Part shown: positions 1-11,707 of the stretch, in pieces | Layout of the letters: the number at the start of each line of letters is the position of its first letter | Numbering within the stretch: position 1 is the first letter of the stretch | From: an uncultured delta proteobacterium | Lineage (GTDB): Bacteria; Desulfobacterota; Binatia; DP-6 | Direction of reading: 5' to 3' | DNA: 64,000 nucleotides | Assembly: GCA_963815115.1 (NCBI GenBank) | Contig: CAWFFN010000012.1 | Coordinates: forward strand, 832,001 to 896,000 | Made by a program: the position numbers and the translations under genes | The notes under the pieces: generated by a model | Database searches by the model: none | Told to the model about the DNA's origin: nothing | What the model saw: only the letters and a program-made list of their open reading frames with translations

Positions 1-2
1 CG

Positions 3-1891
<1,889 letters not shown>

Positions 1892-1895
<4 letters not shown>

Positions 1896-2623
1896 GGGGC
1901 GCGGCGATCGTCGGGGCCGGCGACTACATCGGCGCCGCGATCGCGCGCAGGTTCGCCGCCGAGGGCTACACCGTCTTCCTCGGCCGCCGTCACGGCGACA
2001 AGCTGGCGCCCCTCGTCGCCGACATCGAGGGGCGGGGCGGCCGTGCGATCGGCCGCTCCCTCGACGCCCGCAAGGAAGACGACGTCACGGCCTTCCTCCG
2101 CGAGGCCGACGCGGCGGCCCCCCTCGAGGTCTGCATCTTCAACGTCGGCGCGAACGTGAGCTTCCCGCTCCTCGACACCACCGAGCGCGTGTTCCGGAAG
2201 GTGTGGGAGATGGCGTGCTACGGCGGCTTCCTGACGGGTCGCGAGGCGGCGCGGCTCATGCTGGCGCGCGGCCGCGGCAGCCTCTTCTTCACCGGTGCGA
2301 CGGCGAGCCTCCGCGGCGGGCCCGGCTACGCCGCCTTCGCGAGCGCGAAGGCCGGCCTGCGCATGGTGGCGCAGAGCGCCGCGCGGGAGCTCGGGCCGCG
2401 CAACATCCACGTCGCCCACCTCGTCATCGACGCCGGCGTCGACACCGCCTGGGTGCGCGAGCGCATCGCCGAGCGCGTGGGCGCCGACGCGGTGACGCAG
2501 CTGGCGCCGGACACGCTGATGCGGCCGGAGGCGATCGCCGACGCCTACTGGCACCTCCACCAGCAGCCGCGCGACGCGTGGACCTTCGAGCTCGAGATCC
2601 GACCCTTCGCGGAGACCTGGTGA
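1892..2623 (+). CDS. Short-chain dehydrogenase/reductase (SDR)
   Basis: GTG start overlaps the upstream stop (GTGA). Rossmann motif IVGAGDYIG, FTGATASLRG, atypical active site FASAK, C-terminal WTFELEIRP. Confidence 0.88.
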
Positions 2624-2626
2624 GCG

Positions 2627-3253
2627 ATGGTGCACGCGGAGTTCCACTTCGACTTCGGCAGCCCGAACGCCTACCTCAGCCATCTCGTGCTGCCCGACCT
2701 CGAGCGGCGCACGGGCGTCCGGTTCGAGTACGTGCCGATCCTCCTGGGCGGCATCTTCAAGCTCACGAGCAACCGCTCGCCGGCCGAGAGCCTGGCCGGA
2801 ATCCGCAACAAGCCCGAGTACGAGCGCCTCGAGATGGAGCGCTTCATCCGGCGCCATCACATCACGCGGTTCCGCCAGAACCCGTTCTTCCCCGTGAACA
2901 CCCTGGGGCTCATGCGCGGCGCGATCGCGGCGGGCGAGCTCGGGGTGTTCGAGCGTTATGTCGACGAGGTCTTCCGGCACATGTGGGCGGAGCCGAAGAA
3001 GCTCGACGACCCGGAGGTCCTGCGCGCGGCACTGCTCGAATCGGGTCTGGACGCGGCACGCCTGCTCGAGCTCGCGCAGACGCCGGCGGTCAAGGAGCGG
3101 CTGCTCGCCAACACCCGGCGCTCCGTCGAGCGCGGCAGCTTCGGGTCCCCGACGTTCTTCGTCGGCGACGAGATCTTCTTCGGGAAGGACCGGCTGCGGG
3201 ACGTCGAGGAGGCGATCCAGGCGGCCGCCGGGTCCCGCCCGGACGGCGCCTGA
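2627..3253 (+). CDS. 2-hydroxychromene-2-carboxylate isomerase / kappa-GST (DsbA family)
   Basis: FHFDFGSPNAYL, PILLGGIF, RGSFGSPTFFV, FFGKDRL motifs; 3 bp after the SDR stop. Confidence 0.88.
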   Translation: MVHAEFHFDFGSPNAYLSHLVLPDLERRTGVRFEYVPILLGGIFKLTSNRSPAESLAGIRNKPEYERLEMERFIRRHHITRFRQNPFFPVNTLGLMRGAIAAGELGVFERYVDEVFRHMWAEPKKLDDPEVLRAALLESGLDAARLLELAQTPAVKERLLANTRRSVERGSFGSPTFFVGDEIFFGKDRLRDVEEAIQAAAGSRPDGA

Positions 3254-3265
3254 GCGGCCGGCGCC

Positions 3266-3985
3266 TCAGAGCCAGCCGCGCAGGAGCGGCTCGTCGTCGT
3301 CCTTGACGATGTGCCGCAGACGCTCGATGCACGGCGCGCGGAGCTGTGCTTTCACCTGCCGGTAGGCGGGGAACGCCGCCAGCCGGCGCGCTTCCCGTAC
3401 CGCCTCGTCGAGCAGCTCCGCCTGGTCGACGATCCGGTCGATGATGCTCGCGATCGGGGGCTCGTCGGGTGCCCCGGTGCGGGTCGTGAGCGTCAGCAGG
3501 CGCGCCGTCTCCGGTGACAGCTCGCTCTGGACGACGGCGAGCGGACCGGCGGGAAACGGGAAGCCCGCCTCCGCCTCCGTGAGCCCGAGCTTGAAGGCGC
3601 CGCGCGCCGCCAGCCGGAGGTCGCAGGCGAGCGCGAGCACCAGACCGCCGCCGAGCGCGTGACCCGAGATGGCCGCGACCACGGGCTTCGGCATCCCGTA
3701 GAGCTGGCACGTCATGCGGTTCACCGAGCGCAGCAGATCCGCATGCTGCAGCCGCGTGTAGGCCGGCACCTCGCGCATGTCGATGCCCGCCGAGAAGACG
3801 CCGGGCACGCCGGTGAGCACGACCGCGGCGCACTCCGGGTCGCCTCTCACGTCCCGCAGGGCCGCCAGGATGTCCGCGACGAGACAGCGGTCGAGCGCGT
3901 TCACCGGCGGGCGGTGCAGCGTGAGGACGTGCACGCCGTCGCGGCGCTCCACCCCGACCAGCTCTCGCTCGCTGGCTCGCGTCAT
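3266..3985 (-). CDS. Enoyl-CoA hydratase/isomerase family protein
   Basis: HRPPVNAL, FSAGID, PKPVVAAISGHALGGGLVLALACD, GLTE. Start placed at MTRASE; the upstream part of the 417-aa ORF looks non-coding. Confidence 0.85.
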   Translation of the reverse strand: MTRASERELVGVERRDGVHVLTLHRPPVNALDRCLVADILAALRDVRGDPECAAVVLTGVPGVFSAGIDMREVPAYTRLQHADLLRSVNRMTCQLYGMPKPVVAAISGHALGGGLVLALACDLRLAARGAFKLGLTEAEAGFPFPAGPLAVVQSELSPETARLLTLTTRTGAPDEPPIASIIDRIVDQAELLDEAVREARRLAAFPAYRQVKAQLRAPCIERLRHIVKDDDEPLLRGWL

Positions 3986-4203
3986 GGGCACTCCGGGTCC
4001 CTCCCCATCTCTCCCACGACTCCCCGTCGGTGTCGACCGGTTCAACACGCGAGCCTTCGAGCTCGACGATTCGATCGTCCAGGCATCGTCGCATAGACGA
4101 TGCTCGGATCGCCGGGGCCGGAGCCCGTTTTCGCTTCCGCCGCCCGGGTATTCTCGCGTAGAGTCTCCCGTGCCCCGCATCAGGCGCGGCAGATTGGAAC
4201 GAG

Positions 4204-7200
4204 ATGACTGCTTCCTCCCCGCGCCAGTGGGTCGTCGGCGGGGCCCTGGCGCTCCTCCCCCCTGCTCTGTCTCGCGAGTCCCGGTTTCGCACAGCCGACC
4301 GCCGATCCGTACGTCACGGCGCAGGCGGCGACCCTGGCCCACGACCCGTCCCGGCTCTTCACGTTCGTCCGCGACGAGATCTCCTTCGAGGCCTACGCCG
4401 GCTACCTGCGGGGAGCCCGCGGGGCGCTCTGGACGCGGGGCGCGAACTCGCTCGACCGCGCGGCGCTCCTGGCAGCGCTCCTGCGCGCGTCGGGCGTGAC
4501 CAACGTTCGGTTCGCACACGCCCAGCTGACCAACGACCAGATCGTCCAGCTCGGACGCGCCATGCTGCCGGCGCCGTCACGGGCGTTCGGCTGCCCCACC
4601 GGCTTCCCCTACGACCCCGCCGGCGACGGCGTCCTCTACAACCTCCTGCGCGATCACTACTGGGTTCAGTTCGACGCCGGCGGCGGGTTCGTCGATGCGG
4701 ACACCAGCTTCGCCGGCTTCACCCTCGGGCAGACCGTCGCCACTCCGCTCGACACCTTCACCGACATTCCCGCGACCCTGCGTTCCCGCGTCACGGTGAA
4801 GCTCGACGTCGAGACCTACAGCCAGGCGGGCGCGGCCTTCGCGCTCTCGCCGTTCGGCACCAGCACCGTGCTGACGCGGGCCTTCGACGCGGCCGACCTG
4901 GTGGGCAAGCCCGTGTCGGTGAGCGCGTTCGTGCACGCTTCGGGGGCAGCCAGCATTCCCTTCAGCGCCACCACCTTCACCTACACGCCCTATCTGCTTC
5001 TCGGGCAGGGCGATGGCTCGATCGACGACGACCCGCTCGTCGTCGGCAACGACTTCCAGGACGTCTACACCAACTTCCCGCTCGGATCGCAGCTCGTGAC
5101 CGGCCTCACGCTGTCGCTCGACCTGCAACCCAACGCGTTCAGCGCCGTGCAGCACCTGGAGCGTCGCATCTACGATCGCGTCGGGTTCGTCACCCGCCAG
5201 CAGGGCGGCCCGGTGGACGTCAGCGGCACGCCGGCGCCCGTCGTGACCGACTTCGACGTCACCACGGTGAACGTGCTGCCCGGCCGCATGGCGCTCGAGG
5301 CCTTCGGCCCGCAGCAGGACCGGCTTGGAGCCGTCCAGTCCGCGCTCCAGGCGCTGCAGCCCGGGCTCGGCGGCGTCACCCCCGGCGGTCCGTACACCGC
5401 CGATCAGCTCGTGCTCCTCCGCCAGCTGTCCGAGCGCTCGCGCGCGGTGGACATCGCCAACGCGGAGACGCTCACCATGGGCTACCTGGCGACGACGGAC
5501 GCGGCCGAGGCCCAGCTCGCGCGCGGCTATCTCGTCCGTCCGGTCGTGGACTCGCCTCGCGTGGTCCTCGCCATCAGCTCGAAGCGGGGTGACGATGCCA
5601 CGCTGGAGCTCGACGTCCTGCGCAACGCGCTGCACGTGTTTCCGCTCACCGGCCAGATGCCGAGCGTCACCTCGGCCTTCGAGGTCGCGCGCGGCCTGGA
5701 GGCGTCGTTCCTCGAGGGCGCCGTGATCGGCCGCGTCACGGGGCAGTCGCCCGTCTCCATCCGCGAGGTGTTCCAGGCCGCCGCCGACTCGCCGACCAAC
5801 CAGTTCGCCGTCATCACGGCCGACGACCTGGACGTGCTCGACGGCCTGGCGCTCTCTCCGGAAGCCAAGGCGCGCATCGCCGACGCCGCCGGCGACCGCA
5901 AGGTGATCATCACGCCGACCGAGATGGTGACGGTCGGCGGGCAGACCACCGTCGGCTGGCTCGAGACCGAGGACGGGGGCCGCACGATCAGCGTCTTCGA
6001 GCACGGCGGCCACCAGGCGCTCGTCGGCTACGCCGGATCGCTCGAGTTCTCGGCGGAGTTCAACAAGCCGATCGCGAACTTCATCGGCAAGGTGGCGGCG
6101 TTCGGCCAGGTGGGCCTGGTCTACACCGCTGCGGTGCTCGATGCGGTGGCCGAGGGCGGCGGGTTCGGCGACACGATCAAGGACACCAAGACCTCGATCA
6201 AGGAGCTCGTCGAGAAGGTGAAGCAGGCGAAGGGCTTCTTCGACAAGCTGAAGAAGGCGTACGAGAAGCTGCAGCTCGACACGAAGGGCTTCGGGCTCAT
6301 CGGCGAGCTGGCCAAGGGACTGACCGACGGCTTCGACATGGCCGAGCGCTTCTTCGACTTCACGACGCCGGGTGATCCCCCGGCCTTTCCCTTCCTGGTG
6401 AGTGATCTCACCGCGGGCGATCCGCCGGTGACCCCGGGAGCGCAGCCCGGCGTGGACGTCACGCTCGAGCCCGACCCGTTCTTCACCGTCGACACGGGCG
6501 GCACCCAGGTGCCGAGCGTGTTCCGCGCGCGGGTCCGCAACACGGGTCCGACCGCCGCCAGCTTCGCGCTGACCTTCCCGACGCCGCCCGCCGGCTTCGC
6601 GCTGCGCGCCGCGCTCTCGCCGCTCCCGGTGGGGCCCGGAGAGACCGGCGAGGTGAGCGTCTGCGCCACCCCGAACGGCGGCCTGGCGGCGCCCGGCACT
6701 CCCGCGACCGTCAACCTCCAGGCCGCGGCCGGCGGCGCCCAGGACACGGACTCGTCGGGGTTCGTCGTTCCCGCGGTGGCCGGGGTCGATCTCACGCTGA
6801 GCCCGGCCGAGGTCTCGGTCACGCCGGGAGGGTCCTTCCCGGTGACGCTCGGGCTGCGCTCGCTGGGCAACGTCGCGACGAGCGTGGACCTGACGCTCTC
6901 GGCGCCGGCCGGGGTGACGGTCACGGGACTCTCGTCGCCGGTCGCGCTCGATACGGGAGCGATCGCCTCGCAGGCGCTCGTCGCCGGCGTGGGCGCGGGC
7001 GTGGCAGCCGGCAGCGACCTGGTGGTGACCGCGACGGCGTCGTTCGGGCCGCCGGCCGCGCGCCAGCAGGTGGCGCAGCTTCTCCTCGTCCACGTCGTGA
7101 CGTCCTCCACGCAGTGCGCGGGTGCCGCCGCCGCGGTTGCGAACTCGATCGGCCGCACCGGACTGGGCGACGTGCTCGCCTCCCTCGGCGTCGCGGCCAT

Positions 7201-10200
7201 CGCGCTCGGGGCCGATCCCGCGAGCGCCGGCGCGCGCGCCGGAGTGCTCGCGTATCTCGATCGAGGCCTCCAGCTCCTCGACGGCCCCGCCGCGTTCGCC
7301 CAGGGCCGGAGCGAGCTCCAGGCCGTGCGCACGGCGCTCGCGGCCGCCGACGCGGGCACCGTCCCGGGCGTGCTGGCCAGCCTGAACCTCGCCCTCTGCC
7401 ATCTCCAGGGCGTCTTCGACGGCGCCGACACGCACGCCTTCGCGCTCGTCATCAACCCGAACACCCGCGAGGTCCTGCCGAACTCGCAGACGACCTTCGC
7501 GGTGACGATCGGCAACCAGAGCAACGTGACGCGCACGTTCTCGCTCGGGCTGAGCGGCCTGCCCCCGGGCGTCACCGGGCATCTCAGCCCGACCAGCCTG
7601 ACCCTCAGCCCCTTCTCCTCCAACTTCCCGCCGGTCACGCTCACCATCGATCCGATCGCCGGCGCCCTGGCGCCGTTCGACGTCGTGGTGACCGCAACCG
7701 ACGCGCTCGCGCCGGTTGCGCAGCGTGCCGTGACGGCCTCCGTGACCGTCCGGCCGGAGCTGGTACAGGTGGTGGACGTGAGCCCGACGCCGGGGTTCGC
7801 GGAGCCCGGCAGCAGCGTCTCGGTCCGCGTCCGGCTCTACAACGCGGTGAACCGGGCGCGGAACGTCGACGTGTACGTCGGCTTGCAGAATGCGGCCGGG
7901 CAGGACGCGATCTTCCCGTTCTTCGCCGGCAGGGTGGCGCTCGACCTGTCGGCGAACATCCAGACGCTCGACGTGCCGGTGAACCTGCCGGCGCAGCTCG
8001 CGCGCGGCCCGTATCGCTTCACCGCGCTCCTGCGCGACGGCGACCCCATCCCGGGCGCGACGGGTGCGGGACCGTTCTTCGTGGGATCGCCGCTCGCCGC
8101 GACCGTCACCGTTGCACCGCAGCTGGTCGGTCCGGGCACCTCGACCGTGCAGACCACGCTGGCGATCCAGCGCGACGCGGTGCCCAACCCGACCGCCGAT
8201 CTGCTCGGCGCGGTGCAGACCGAGGGCGGGCGAGCCAAGAGCGTCGCCGTGAACGGCACGTACGCCTACGTGTGCGGCGAGACCGAGGCCAACGTCGTCG
8301 ACGTCAGCAATCCGGAGCAGCCGGTCCTCGTCCGGACGTTCGGGACGTACGATGCGCAGGTGACCGGCAGCTTCTCCGCCGCCACGTGCACGGTGTTCGA
8401 CGGCCATCTCATCATCGGCTTCGGCACCGGCTTCGAGGCGGGGGGGGCGTTCGTGCCGATCCGGGTGGCGGTGTACTCGCTCGCCGACCCCGCGAACCCG
8501 TCGTTCGTCTCGCAGACGGCCTTCGAGCGCCAGATCGGCGGCGGCCCGGCGTTCTTCACCGGCAATGTGGGCTGGATCCCCACCAGCGCATACTTCTACA
8601 ACCCGTTCTCGGGCTTCATCTTCGAGCAGTTCGGCGACCTGTTCGGCGTGGACTTCACGAACGTCGGCAGTCCGACGCTGCGCGGCCGGCTCTTCCCGCC
8701 CCTGCCGACCGAGACCGACCAGGGCCACATCTGGGGCGGTGGCGAGAACATGATCTTCGGCGCGCTGTCCATGCCCGGGAACCGCGCCTACCTCGCCACC
8801 ACCACGTCCGCCGACGGGACGCCCGAGGTGGGGCAGGGGAAGCTGCTGGTGGCCGACCTGTCCGACCCGGACGCGCCCGCGGCCGGCGCGCAGGTCATCG
8901 TGCCGGAGGCGCGCCTGCTCCAGGGGATCGCGGCCGACGGCAGCGGCGTCCTCGTCGCCGGCGACACGCTCGGCTTCTACGACGGCCGTTCCGGACTCGT
9001 CGGCACGCTGGTCCTGAGCCTGCTCGACGCCAGCAACCCGGCCAGTCCCGCGATCAGCCAGACCCTCGTGACCCAGCTCACCGACAAGGACGGGACGACG
9101 GTCGTCGCGCTCGGCGGCGGCCACTTCGCCGTCGGGGGAGCGAAGCGCGGCGATCAGCCGGTGCTCGTCCTCGTCGACGCGTCGAATCCGGCGAGCCTGC
9201 GCTACATCCCGTACGACGTCGGCGCCCCCATCCTGTCGATGCAGCGTGTCGGCAACCTGCTCTACGCGACGAGCAGCCTCGGGCTCGCGATCTACCAGCT
9301 CGACATGATCGACGGCCCGCGGCTCACGGCACGGGTGCAGGTGCCCACGGGGACCGGGGTGTCCCTCGTGCCGGGATCGTTCAGCCTGCCACCGACGGAG
9401 GTGATCCCCGGCGACGGCAGCGACACCTATGTCTGGGACCAGCCGCTCGACGACTCGATCTCCTGGTCGCAGCAGGTCGCGAACGTCGCCGCGGGCGCGA
9501 CGCGCACGGTGGTGACGGGCGGCGAGCTGGACTACACGGTGCCGACGCTCGGCGCGGGATCGCTGCAGCTTCCCGCCGCGTACGTCCAGGGCACCCGGAT
9601 CCTCGGCATCGATCCCCCGACCCGCACGTTCGTCCAGGTCGGGACCCCGGCGACCTACACGGTCAGCGTGAGGAACCCGACCGGCACGCCGGTCGCCTTC
9701 TTCCTCGGCGTCACCGGCGTCCCGCCGGAGTGGGTCTCGCTGGCGCCGTCGGTCGACGTCCCCGCGGGTCAGACGGTGCAGGTCACGCTGACGCTCACCA
9801 GCGACCTTGCCGCGCAGACGTTCCACGACGTGGGCTTCAGCGTCGTCGCGTCGGGCGGCGGCTTCTCGGACCAGGTGTTCGGGACGCTCCAGGTCTGGAA
9901 TCCCCCGGACCTCGGTCCGAACAACGGCGCGCAGGCGTTCGGGTTGTCGCTCGAGACGACCCCGTCCGTGCTCGTCACGGGACGCGGCACCGCGGCGCGC
10001 TTCGTGGCGCGCTTCATCAACGTCGGGAACGTCGCGGACAGCTACACCGCGTCTCCTCAGCTCCCCGGCGGCTGGTCGGCGAGCGCGTTCCCCGCAGGCG
10101 GACTGATCACACTGCCCGGACCGGCCAACGCGCGCGAGGCCGTGATCCAGCTCGTACCGCCGCAGAACGCCGCCCCGGGCGGCTACGACGTACCGATCGG

Positions 10201-11590
10201 CGTCTTCTCGAACGCCGGCAACCTCGGGGCGAAGGGGACGGTGCACGTGACCGTATCGGGCTCCGGAGTGTCGGTGTTCGTCCTGCCGTTCGGCGGCACG
10301 CCGGCGGACCACTACGTCCTCCGCGTCCGCAACACCGGGACCGTCGCCGATACCTTCGCCCTCGCGCTCGCCGGCGTCATGGGTCCGGTGAGCACGCTCG
10401 CGACTCCGACGGTCACCCTGAATCCGGACGAGCAGCGGGACGTTCCGATCACGTTCCTGGGCGTCCCGCCGGTCCCGCCCGGAACGGTCCAGCTCGTCGG
10501 CGGAGCCACGTCGCAGAGCGAGCCGGCGGTGACGGCGAGCGCAGCGGCGTCGGTCACGCTGCCGGCGCTGAAGGGCGTGGCTGCGGCGCTGGTTCCGGCG
10601 GAGCGCGAGCGGTCCGGGCCGGGTTCGGCTGCGTTCGCCTTGCAGGTGCAGAACACCGGCAACGTCGAGGACACCTACGTCGCCACCGTCATGGACACGA
10701 CTGGCGGCCTCGCGGCCACGCTGCGGGATCTCGCCGGGGCCCCGGCGCAGTCGGTGTCGCCGGTGCGGCTGCCCGCGTTCGCCGGCGGCGGCCTCACGCT
10801 CGACTCGACCCTGCCCGCGCTCGGCGAGGGCACGGTGACCGTGGCGATCACCTCGCTCAGCGACGCGACGAAGACCGCGATCGTGACCGCGCGCCTGCGT
10901 GCGGTCGAGGTCACGACGACCACCACGACGACGTCGCCGGCGACCTCGACGACGATCACGACCACGACGACCATCTCGCCCTCCACGAGCGTTCCCATCA
11001 CGGTCTCGACCACGACGCAGGCCGGCGCCACGACCACCACGCAGCCGAACGCCGCCCTGGAGATCTGCGGAAACTGCGAGGACGACGACGGCAATGGCCT
11101 CACCGACTTCGAGGATCCCGCGTGCTGTGGCGAGGGGTCGGCGAGCCTGGCGCTCAAGCGGATACGCATGACGCCGAAGAATGCCGCGACCAGGCTCCTC
11201 CTCGTCGATACGCTCACCGGCGCGGTCGCACCGAGCAGCCAGCATCTCTTCATCCAGCTGCGCGTCGAGGGGGGCGAGGAAGTCCTCTGCGCGCGGATCC
11301 CCGCCGGTGGCTTCACCGGCAAGAAGAAGACCTTCCGCTGGACGGACAAAGGCGGCCTCGTGGCGCGCGCGCTCGGGCTCCAGAAGGTCCAGCTCCGCAT
11401 CGCCAGGAACGGCGCGGTGCGGATGACCGCAGCAGGCAAGGCGGTCCGCATGCAGACGCCCGCGCCGGGTCGCCTGCAGGTGACGATCGGGCTCCAGAAC
11501 GCCACGCCGGTGGACGAGCCGGGGCGTTGTCTGTCGGCCGGGGCGACGTGCAAGGCGAAGGGAAAGAAGGGCGCGCTCAAGTTCCCGTGA
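4204..11590 (+). CDS. Giant secreted protein (~2,461 aa if frameshift corrected): transglutaminase-like domain, Ig-like repeats, LVIVD beta-propeller, Thr stalk, Cys/Asp metal-binding motif, basic C-terminal domain
   Basis: Main ORF 4496-11590 stays open upstream to 4262 (LLCLASPGFA-QPTADPY…FVRDEISFEAYAGYLRGARGALWTRGANSLDRAALLAALLRASG). ATG 4204 (MTASSPRQWVVGGALALL) is one base out of frame at the C6 run 4257-4262. HYWVQ/FVDAD, repeated VRNTG/GNQSN Ig motifs, repeated xVDxSNPxxP motifs, EICGNCEDDDGNGLTDFEDPAC. Confidence 0.85.
10910..11045 (+). repeat. Low-complexity Thr/Ser-rich coding stretch (ACC/ACG repeats)
   Basis: Encodes VTTTTTTTSPATSTTITTTTTISPSTSVPITVSTTTQAGATTTTQP inside the giant protein. 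Confidence 0.8.
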
Positions 11591-11707
11591 GCCGGGCGCC
11601 GGGGCTTTTCTCGAAGGGCGAAAGGGCGGTATCAGACGCAGGCCAGACCCTCCCGGTGGCTCCGCAGGGAGTCTGATGGGTTCGAGAATCCAGTAGGGAG
11701 GCCTGCC

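Noticed and set aside
11588-11700. Possible terminator hairpins and a GGTTCGAGAATCC T-arm-like string after the giant gene
   Set aside because: Stems are imperfect, the U-tract is short, and no cloverleaf can be formed.
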